A stretch of DNA of 26,862 nt, taken from positions 1 to 26,862 of IMG/VR virus record IMGVR_UViG_3300033076_000178; one strand, 5' to 3'. This document shows, piece by piece, positions 1 through 7,111 of the stretch. Position 1 is the first letter of the stretch; each line of letters starts with the position of its first letter. This DNA comes from a virus (Duplodnaviria > Caudoviricetes). Below the pieces are notes generated by a model that saw only the letters and a list, made by a program, of their open reading frames with translations, ran no database searches and was not told where the DNA came from. A program made the position numbers and the translations under genes.

Positions 1-99
1 TTGTTTGATGCCGGCATGCTGGTGCACGAGCAATACCGTCGGCCCGATACAGATGCGACTAAGGTCGCTTGGAAACTAATTGAGAAGGAGAACGTGTGA
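1..99 (+). CDS. 3' end of a hypothetical protein (partial, runs off the window)
   Basis: Frame +1 is open from base 1: LFDAGMLVHEQYRRPDTDATKVAWKLIEKENV*. Its TGA (97-99) overlaps the next ATG (99-101) as TGATG, typical of translational coupling. Confidence 0.6.
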   Translation: MFDAGMLVHEQYRRPDTDATKVAWKLIEKENV

Positions 100-578
100 T
101 GGCTACGACTCTGGCGAACGCATACGAAGAAGAGGTACTCAGACGCGAGTACGAGACGGCTATTAAATGGGGAGACGACAGCAAGGCGGAGAAAATCCTA
201 CATACAATGCGGCGCATACAGGTCGCGCAGCAACCGAATATAAAGCCACAGCCGTATAGAGACCCTTTTGCTGAGCCCAGTTCTTTGTCTGACTCATACC
301 ACCACGATCGGCCGCACTACCCGAAGTTTGAAGACCTGAAGGATAGCAACTCGGTGTACAACATGGACATTGAAGGCGTTAAAAATCTCTGGACTGCGCG
401 CTTTGGATCTGGGTGGGTAGAAGACTCTGCTACGGCAGAGGCTCTACAAGAGAATAGACATTTTTGGGAGCAAGTGTTCTATCGACTGCGGTTGCACTTT
501 GAGAAGCAGCAATACGCGGTGTCGGACTTTGCGCTAGCGTGGGCGTGGCGATTGAAAGAAGATCATGGAAATAATTAA
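99..578 (+). CDS. Hypothetical phage protein (~159 aa)
   Basis: SD AAGGAG at 85-90; ATG at 99 (GTG at 96 is an alternative); 3' end overlaps the helicase start. Confidence 0.75.
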   Translation: MATTLANAYEEEVLRREYETAIKWGDDSKAEKILHTMRRIQVAQQPNIKPQPYRDPFAEPSSLSDSYHHDRPHYPKFEDLKDSNSVYNMDIEGVKNLWTARFGSGWVEDSATAEALQENRHFWEQVFYRLRLHFEKQQYAVSDFALAWAWRLKEDHGNN

Positions 579-2130
579 CAACAAGGCGGTGTCATTCGTG
601 ACCCGCAACCCTGACAAGTACAGCATCATCCCCAAGAGCAAGTACGTCGCTGATCTTGGTAATGGCTACCACCAGATGCTGGTGTACTGGGGGCTGGACG
701 AGGCGCGGGTTATGAAGAACCTCGGGCTTAAGAAGGTGCCGTCGCCTATCAGTCGTGACTACGACTGGCCGGGCAAGTACAAGCCAATGGCTCACCAAGT
801 CGATACCGCTAGCTTCCTGACGCTGCACCGCCGCGCTTTTGTGTTTAACGACCCGGGCACCGGTAAGACGCTGTCAGCTCTGTGGGCTGCCGACTATCTA
901 ATGAAGCGTGGTGAAGTGCGCCGTGTTCTCATACTGTGCCCGCTGTCGATTATGGAAAGCGCATGGCTGGCCGATCTGAGCAACAGCATCATTCACCGCA
1001 CAGCTATCGCATGCCACCACAGTAAGTCAGAGAAGCGCATCGAGATGGTACAGAACGGCTATGAGTTCATCATCGCCAACTACGATGGCTTACCGCTGAT
1101 CGCTGACACCATACTCAAAGACGGCACGTTCGACCTGATTATTGTGGACGAAGCCAACGCCTACAAGAACGTCAGCACCAAGCGCTGGAAGACGCTGGCC
1201 AAGCTGGTACGGCCTGACACTTACCTATGGATGATGACCGGTACGCCGGCATCGCAGTCGCCAGAGGATGCGTTTGGGCTAGCCAAGCTGGTGAACCCCA
1301 AGGGCGTACCAAACTTCATCACGGCGTGGCGGGACAAGGTTATGCGCAAGGTGACGATGTTCAAGTGGATGCCGAAAGAGGAAGCTCCCAAACTTGTTTA
1401 TGACGCTCTGCAACCAGCCATCCGGTACAAGAAAGCCGACTGTCTGGATCTGCCGCCGGTCATCACCGAGACGCGAGACGTACCCCTTACCCCTCAGCAA
1501 AAGAAGTTCTACAACCAGCTCAAGGAGCGCATGCTGGTCAGCGCAGCGGGGGAAACGATCACGGCGGTCAACGCTGCGGCAGGGGTCAACAAGCTACTCC
1601 AGATCAGCGCTGGCGCTGCATACACCGACGACCACGAGGTTGTGGAGTTCGACTGCTCGAACCGGTTGGCGGTGCTCATGGAGGTGTTGGAGGAAACCGA
1701 CCGCAAGGTTCTGGTCTTCGCTCCCTTCCGGCACAGCATCGACACAATCTACGACCACCTGACCAAGAACAAGATCAACGCTGCGGTTATCCACGGCGAC
1801 GTGACTGTGACCAAGCGGACGGCAATCTTCAAAGCCTTCCAAGAAACGCCAGAGCCACGGGTGCTGGTCATCCAGCCACAATCTGCTTCGCACGGGGTTA
1901 CGCTCACGGCGGCCGATACGGTGGTGTTCTGGGGGCCGGTCATGTCGGTGGAAACCTACATCCAGTGCTGTGCTCGGTCGGATCGTAAGGGTCAGGATTC
2001 TGACAAAGTTACTGTCATACACCTTCAGGGTAGTGACATCGAGAAGCGCATGTTCAAGCAGCTTGAGAACCGCGTGGACGACCACTCCCTGCTAATCAAA
2101 CTGTACGAGGAGGAAATGAAATCGAAATAA
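565..2130 (+). CDS. SNF2-type superfamily 2 DNA helicase/ATPase
   Basis: Motif I NDPGTGKT, Ia ILCPLS, II IIVDEAN, III MTGTP, IV VLVFAPF, V HGVTLTAA, VI QCCARSDRKGQ. Confidence 0.93.
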   Translation: MEIINNKAVSFVTRNPDKYSIIPKSKYVADLGNGYHQMLVYWGLDEARVMKNLGLKKVPSPISRDYDWPGKYKPMAHQVDTASFLTLHRRAFVFNDPGTGKTLSALWAADYLMKRGEVRRVLILCPLSIMESAWLADLSNSIIHRTAIACHHSKSEKRIEMVQNGYEFIIANYDGLPLIADTILKDGTFDLIIVDEANAYKNVSTKRWKTLAKLVRPDTYLWMMTGTPASQSPEDAFGLAKLVNPKGVPNFITAWRDKVMRKVTMFKWMPKEEAPKLVYDALQPAIRYKKADCLDLPPVITETRDVPLTPQQKKFYNQLKERMLVSAAGETITAVNAAAGVNKLLQISAGAAYTDDHEVVEFDCSNRLAVLMEVLEETDRKVLVFAPFRHSIDTIYDHLTKNKINAAVIHGDVTVTKRTAIFKAFQETPEPRVLVIQPQSASHGVTLTAADTVVFWGPVMSVETYIQCCARSDRKGQDSDKVTVIHLQGSDIEKRMFKQLENRVDDHSLLIKLYEEEMKSK

Positions 2131-2142
2131 TTTGTAAAACAC

Positions 2143-2170
2143 TTGACATTGGTTTTAACCCGCCTATACT
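2143..2170 (+). promoter_or_regulatory. Sigma70-type promoter
   Basis: TTGACA (2143-2148), 16-nt spacer, TATACT (2165-2170) in an AT-rich intergenic gap; SD AGGAGA at 2192-2197. Confidence 0.8.
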
Positions 2171-2202
2171 GTCTAACACTATACAAATAACAGGAGAACA
2201 TT

Positions 2203-2598
2203 GTGGACAACAATGAAGCCGTGTCTATCGACACACTATGCAAGATCTACATGAAGATGCGTACCAAGATCAGCGAGCTCAACGCCGAGATCGCCAAGAT
2301 CGAGGAGCAGAAAGAGCAAGTCTCGACTGCCATGCGCGACAAGATGAAGGAGCTTGGTGTAAACTCAGTACGTACCGATCACGGTACTGTCACCATGCTC
2401 AAGAAGACCCGGTACTACACACAGGACTGGGACTCCTTCAAAAACTTTGTTCTGGAAAATCAAGCAGTTGATCTGCTTGAGCGCCGTATTGCGCAAACCA
2501 ATATGACGCAGTTTCTGGAAGAAAACCCCGGCCTCGTGCCACCCGGCCTCAACGCCGATCAGAAGTTCGATGTATCTGTACGTAAACCCTCGAAGTAA
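2203..2598 (+). CDS. Hypothetical phage protein with N-terminal coiled coil (131 aa)
   Basis: GTG start with good SD; heptad helix KISELNAEIAKIEEQKEQV followed by a small alpha/beta segment (SVRTDHGTV...DWDSF...LLERRI). Confidence 0.85.
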   Translation: MDNNEAVSIDTLCKIYMKMRTKISELNAEIAKIEEQKEQVSTAMRDKMKELGVNSVRTDHGTVTMLKKTRYYTQDWDSFKNFVLENQAVDLLERRIAQTNMTQFLEENPGLVPPGLNADQKFDVSVRKPSK

Positions 2599-2612
2599 TC
2601 ATCAGGAGAATA

Positions 2613-3548
2613 ATGATGTCAAACGAAATGGCTCTGTTTAACCCAAACCAAATGCCGGCCTTTGCAAAGGGTCGCCAACTAACTGACCTCGCGCTGACGC
2701 TGAATACCGGCGGTGATGGTGGCAAGCGTATCTCGATCAAGGGCGGTGTGTTCCGTCTGATCGCAGGCGGTAAAGAAATTGCTCAGATCGAAGAGCGCCA
2801 CCTCGACGTAGTGATCTGCGCCGCTGCACCGAAGGTCAGCCGTACGTACTATGAAGGTAAGTGGGATCCAACGGCTAAGGCTACACCTCCAGCATGCTGG
2901 TCGTCGGACGGCGATAAGCCTGACCAAGCCGTTAAGAACCCGCAAGCTAGCGCTTGTATGAGCTGCCCACAGAACGTGGCTGGCTCGGGTCAAGGTAACT
3001 CCAAGGCTTGCCGCTTTGAGCGCCGTCTGGCTGTGGTGCTGGCTAACGACGTTGAAGGCGATGTACTGCAACTGGCTCTGCCTTCGACCTCGATCTTCGG
3101 TGACGCTGAGAACGGCAACCACCCGCTGCACGCCTACGTTAAGGCGCTGGCTGCTCAGAACATCAGCCCGGACATGGTCATCACCCGCATCAAGTTCGAC
3201 ACCAAGGCTGAGCATCCTAAGCTGTTCTTCAAGCCACAAGGCTGGTTGAACGAGGAGCAGTTCAATGTGGTGCAGGAAAAGGGCAAGTCGCCAGAAGCTA
3301 TCAAGGCAATCACCCTGACCGTTTCTCAACAAGACGGTGTAAAATCGGAAGCTTCGGTAGCCGAGCAAGAAGAATTTGCTCCGGCTCCTGCTGCTAAGCC
3401 AGCCGCTGCCAAGAAGACCAAGGCCGCTGCTGAACCGGTTGCTGAAGAACCGGCCGAGCCAACCGTCCGTAAGGAAAAGGAAGCTCCGCAGCAAGTACCG
3501 ACGAACGATCTCGCAGCTCTGGCTAGCGCTTGGGGCGACGACGACTAA
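2613..3548 (+). CDS. Putative ssDNA-binding/annealing protein with a Cys cluster
   Basis: SD AGGAGA; beta-rich core; C-x16-C-x2-C...C arrangement (approximate spacing); A/P/K/E low-complexity linker; acidic-aromatic C-terminus (AWGDDD); lies between helicase and primase. Confidence 0.6.
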   Translation: MMSNEMALFNPNQMPAFAKGRQLTDLALTLNTGGDGGKRISIKGGVFRLIAGGKEIAQIEERHLDVVICAAAPKVSRTYYEGKWDPTAKATPPACWSSDGDKPDQAVKNPQASACMSCPQNVAGSGQGNSKACRFERRLAVVLANDVEGDVLQLALPSTSIFGDAENGNHPLHAYVKALAAQNISPDMVITRIKFDTKAEHPKLFFKPQGWLNEEQFNVVQEKGKSPEAIKAITLTVSQQDGVKSEASVAEQEEFAPAPAAKPAAAKKTKAAAEPVAEEPAEPTVRKEKEAPQQVPTNDLAALASAWGDDD

Positions 3549-3555
3549 TAGGGAC

Positions 3556-3573
3556 AGGGGGCTTCGGCCCCCT
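3556..3573 (+). terminator. GC-rich C(UUCG)G hairpin: weak terminator or mRNA-stabilising stem
   Basis: AGGGGGC-TTCG-GCCCCCT just after the stop at 3548; the following U-tract is very short. Confidence 0.6.
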
Positions 3574-3587
3574 TCGCGGAGACTGTA

Positions 3588-3866
3588 ATGGGCTATTCTG
3601 AAAAACTAAAGCAACGCGTCGAGCAGGCACCGCGTACGCTTGGTAATCAGTTAGGCCGTTGGGCGATTCACCATGACGTGTCAGCACAGAAGCTGGCGCT
3701 GGTTACAGGTGCTACCCGCCAGACGATCTATAACTGGTTTACCGGCAGCGCTGTTATCCCTGCGTACCGAGAGCGCGTAGAATACGTACTAAAGACGCTA
3801 ATCAATTCACAAAGTGGCGAAGATGCTTGGAGGGCACTATGTCAACAATTCAATTTACAAACCTAA
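3588..3866 (+). CDS. Cro/XRE-like helix-turn-helix protein
   Basis: VSAQKLALVTGATRQTIYNWFTG fits the XRE HTH pattern; SD GGAG at 3578-3581. Confidence 0.8.
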   Translation: MGYSEKLKQRVEQAPRTLGNQLGRWAIHHDVSAQKLALVTGATRQTIYNWFTGSAVIPAYRERVEYVLKTLINSQSGEDAWRALCQQFNLQT

Positions 3867-4033
3867 CAGACCTAGAACTGGCCGTTGAAGCCGGGTGGCA
3901 GATGCAGAAGAACAACGAGGGTATGACGTTGGCTATGCAAGTAGAGCTACTCAAGCGCTTCACCCAGTATGCGCAGAACGAACGCGCAGCCTACAAGAAG
4001 ATCGACCGCAATCAGCTCGAACTTCCCCTGTAA
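3839..4033 (+). CDS. Small hypothetical protein (64 aa)
   Basis: ATG at 3839 with GGAGGG upstream, preferred over the TTG at 3827; fills the gap before the primase; ends in QLELPL. Confidence 0.7.
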   Translation: MSTIQFTNLTDLELAVEAGWQMQKNNEGMTLAMQVELLKRFTQYAQNERAAYKKIDRNQLELPL

Positions 4034-4053
4034 CCTAGTCTGAAGGATTTGTC

Positions 4054-6939
4054 ATGGCACCGCTGGATTTCCTAGCGGCTGTGCTCCCGTCTTCCGGTTA
4101 TTACTGTGTTGCGGAGCTAAGCTCGAATAAAAAAGAACATCGGTACGTCACGAGCGTACAAGAGCTGGAGGAGATAGCAAATGGGTTTGATGCGTCGCAC
4201 AAAGATGCGTACTTTGCGTTGGCGTCTTTCGCAGAAGCTGGGGAGCGAAAAGCTGATAAGGCGCTTTATCTCCGTTCATGCTTCTTCGACATCGACTGTG
4301 GTGAAGGAAAAGATTATCCGAACAAGAAACAGGCGCTGGCGGCCCTCGTCGACTTTCTGGGATGTACCGAACTTGGTAGTTTGGGCACGCCGTGGGTCGT
4401 TTCGTCCGGTGGTGGTATCCACGTTTACTGGCCGTTTAATCTGGACGTACCTGCGGATGTTTGGCGGCCAACGGCAGAGAACCTCAAAAGGCTGGCGAAA
4501 CAACACGGCTTTGCCATCGACCCCTCAGTAACTGCCGACCGCGCCCGTGTGCTGCGTGTACCGGGTACGCACAACTACAAGAAAGAGAAGCCCCGCCCTG
4601 TCACCATAGTCATGGAAGGCGGCGTATTCGACTTCGAGCAGTTTAGCGCCGGCCTCAAGGATAAGCTGAACGGCCACGCCTACGTGCCTGACGAGTTCGG
4701 TCTGGGCATGCGCCCTTCCTTTGCTGATAGCACTCCGTCAACCAGTGTCAAACTTCTTGTTGACAATCAAAGCTTCGACTTTGAAAAGGTTTCGGAGGGT
4801 TGCCTTCAGATCAAGCACTATATGGCCAACGCAGAAGATGATGGCATGGAGCCTACGTGGCGCGCTGTGCTGTCGCAAGCGTGGTGCTGCGATGACGGGA
4901 AGGCTTGGGGCAAGAAGCTGTCCGACATGCACCCGTACGATGACCAGCGCTTCGAGGCCAAATGGAACGAGCTTAACGGCGCATACTCATGCGAGAAGAT
5001 GGACTCGGTTACGCCGGGTATCTGCGCAGGCTGCCCGCACAAAGGCAAGATCAAGAACCCTATCGCTCTAGGCAAGAAGACCAACACCATCGACGTACCA
5101 ATCGAGGTGGTCGTGGATAAGCCAGCCGCAACGCAAGCGCAGGCTGAAGAAGATCCAGAACCTATCAAGATTAAGATGCCGACCCCACCACGCGGGTTTA
5201 GCTACGGTGGTTCGTCAGGTGTGTTCCACAAGAAGACATCGAAAGGCGCTGACGGCGAGACGCTGGAAGCAGAAATAATGATCCTCCCGTACTACATGTA
5301 TGCGGTGGACGTTTACAACATGGGCGCCAATGAGCACTTAGCCCACTACGTCGCTTTGACTCCGCATGGTGCTAAGGACGTTATGATCGACACCAAGTCG
5401 TTCGCTGGTAAGGATGAGGTTATCCGCGCCATGGCTCGCCAGAACGTGATTGCCTTTGCTGGTAAGGGTAACGACGAGCACCTGTACAACTACGTACGCG
5501 CCTGCTATTCGGACATGAGCATTGAACGCCCACCGGTGGAGATGCCACAATCCTACGGCTGGACTGACGACCACGAGTTTGTGCTCAACAGCAAGATCTA
5601 TAAGCCGGACGGAACGATCAAGCCTGTGCCTGTACGTAGCGGTCTTGAGAACTTGTTTAAGGCAACTGAGCCGGCCGGTAGCTTGAAAGAGTGGCAGAAG
5701 GTTGTCCACATGATGCAGGAGAAAGGCCTGACCGAGATCCTCACGCTGGGACTGTCTGGCTTCGGTACCCCGCTCATGGCGCTGACTTCGTACAAGGGCA
5801 TCACCTACCACGTCTGCTCGACTGAATCAGGCACCGGTAAGTCGCTGTCGCTGGACTTAAACTCGTCAATCTGGGGTAGCCCAACGCGCTACGCTGTGAG
5901 TAAAGACACCTCGGTTGTAGCTATGGAGCAGCGCCTCGGCCTGCTGAAGAACCTGCCGCTGAACGTGGATGAAATCACGGCCAAGAACCGGGGCACCGGC
6001 TTTGAGTGGGTTGCTGAGTTTATTCTGGGCATGACCAAGGGTCAGGGTAAGGAGCGTATGGAGTCCGGCACCAATGCCGAACGCCTGAACAACACCCGCT
6101 GGGCATCAACAGCCCTGCTCTCCTCCAACACCCACATCGTGGACTTCCTGACCGGTAGCCGTGAGCACTCCTCCGAGGGTGAACTGCGGCGCTTGCTTGA
6201 GTTCCCGCTGACAACCCAGCTAGTCTGGACACCAGAGCAGTCAGAAATCCTGCGCAATCTGCAACGGAACTACGGCGTAGCCGGCGTGGCCTACATCAAG
6301 TGGCTGGTACGCAACCGCGAGCGTGCGGAAGAAGTTATGACCAATACGCTGATGCAGGTTGAGAAGCACTTTGGTATGACCAATGACGAGCGCTTCTGGA
6401 CGGCTGGCGTGGCCGAGATCATTGCCGGTATCCAGCTTGCGAATGAGGCAGGCATAGTCAACATTAAGCTGCGCCCGATCACGGAGTACCTGAAGACGAT
6501 CGTAGCCTCAATGCGCGCTATGGTACGCGCCTCGTACCGCCAAGCTGACGACGTGCTGTTCACATTCATCGCCAAGAACTACAACAAGTTCGTGACCATC
6601 TCGAAGACCAAGACATCAGAAATGATTAAGAGCTTCACCGGTTCAGAGACGGAAGTAACCCGCAACCTGAACGAAGTAGTCGGTCGTATCGAGAAGGGTG
6701 CTGCTACGGGCTATGTTGAGGTGTACATCCGGGCGGCTACGCTCAAGGGCTTCTGCGCCAGCCAAGACTTCGGCTACGCGGATATGAAGCGCCAGCTGGA
6801 AGCCAAGTACCGGGTTGGTACAGGCAAGCGTGACCTGACAGCAGGAACCAAGGCAGGTGCTCCTATTAACGTCCAGTGCCTACATATCTCGCTACCGGAG
6901 AACGAGTTTGACGCGGCCGCAGCAGTATCCGTGGAGTAA
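4054..6939 (+). CDS. AEP (RepB'-like) primase fused to a DUF927-type region and a P-loop helicase
   Basis: N-terminal FFDID, SSGGGIHVYW and RVLRVPGTHNYK AEP motifs; Cys-rich helical domain; YGW motif; Walker A ESGTGKS (5824-5844) and Walker B LNVDE. Confidence 0.88.
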   Translation: MAPLDFLAAVLPSSGYYCVAELSSNKKEHRYVTSVQELEEIANGFDASHKDAYFALASFAEAGERKADKALYLRSCFFDIDCGEGKDYPNKKQALAALVDFLGCTELGSLGTPWVVSSGGGIHVYWPFNLDVPADVWRPTAENLKRLAKQHGFAIDPSVTADRARVLRVPGTHNYKKEKPRPVTIVMEGGVFDFEQFSAGLKDKLNGHAYVPDEFGLGMRPSFADSTPSTSVKLLVDNQSFDFEKVSEGCLQIKHYMANAEDDGMEPTWRAVLSQAWCCDDGKAWGKKLSDMHPYDDQRFEAKWNELNGAYSCEKMDSVTPGICAGCPHKGKIKNPIALGKKTNTIDVPIEVVVDKPAATQAQAEEDPEPIKIKMPTPPRGFSYGGSSGVFHKKTSKGADGETLEAEIMILPYYMYAVDVYNMGANEHLAHYVALTPHGAKDVMIDTKSFAGKDEVIRAMARQNVIAFAGKGNDEHLYNYVRACYSDMSIERPPVEMPQSYGWTDDHEFVLNSKIYKPDGTIKPVPVRSGLENLFKATEPAGSLKEWQKVVHMMQEKGLTEILTLGLSGFGTPLMALTSYKGITYHVCSTESGTGKSLSLDLNSSIWGSPTRYAVSKDTSVVAMEQRLGLLKNLPLNVDEITAKNRGTGFEWVAEFILGMTKGQGKERMESGTNAERLNNTRWASTALLSSNTHIVDFLTGSREHSSEGELRRLLEFPLTTQLVWTPEQSEILRNLQRNYGVAGVAYIKWLVRNRERAEEVMTNTLMQVEKHFGMTNDERFWTAGVAEIIAGIQLANEAGIVNIKLRPITEYLKTIVASMRAMVRASYRQADDVLFTFIAKNYNKFVTISKTKTSEMIKSFTGSETEVTRNLNEVVGRIEKGAATGYVEVYIRAATLKGFCASQDFGYADMKRQLEAKYRVGTGKRDLTAGTKAGAPINVQCLHISLPENEFDAAAAVSVE

Positions 6940-7111
6940 GCTCAAGAAGGGGGAGGGGTTCTTTGTACCCTCCCTCAACCCGGAACGCACGATCCGAGAA
7001 GCCCGTGATGCTGCCTTTGAAACCGACTATCGACTAAGAATCGCTTGGCGGGTGGGCAGTATGCACGGGCTTTACGGTGTGCTGTTTATTCGACTGAACG
7101 GAGCTGCTTAG
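6908..7111 (+). CDS. Small hypothetical protein (67 aa, YPWxxLxxGEGFFVP motif)
   Basis: TTG start at 6908 with GGAG at 6897-6900; overlaps the primase 3' end; the YP[WF]...G[DE]xFFVP pattern resembles small phage proteins I recall. Confidence 0.7.
   Translation: MTRPQQYPWSKLKKGEGFFVPSLNPERTIREARDAAFETDYRLRIAWRVGSMHGLYGVLFIRLNGAA
6949..6976 (-). terminator. Possible intrinsic terminator of the late (-) operon
   Basis: GGGAGGG/CCCTCCC stem; on the minus strand it is followed by TTCTTG, about 110 nt past the stop of the 2425-aa gene. Confidence 0.35.

Noticed and set aside
1141-1170. DEAN instead of DEAH in helicase motif II as a sign of inactivation
   Set aside because: The catalytic DE and all other motifs are intact; the fourth position is variable in SF2 proteins.
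2679-3494. 271-aa antisense ORF opposite the SSB-like gene
   Set aside because: Exact antisense shadow expected from biased codon usage; no motif or clear RBS.
6857-6907. Upstream extension of the 84-aa ORF call
   Set aside because: Deep inside the primase; TTG at 6908 has a well-placed GGAG.
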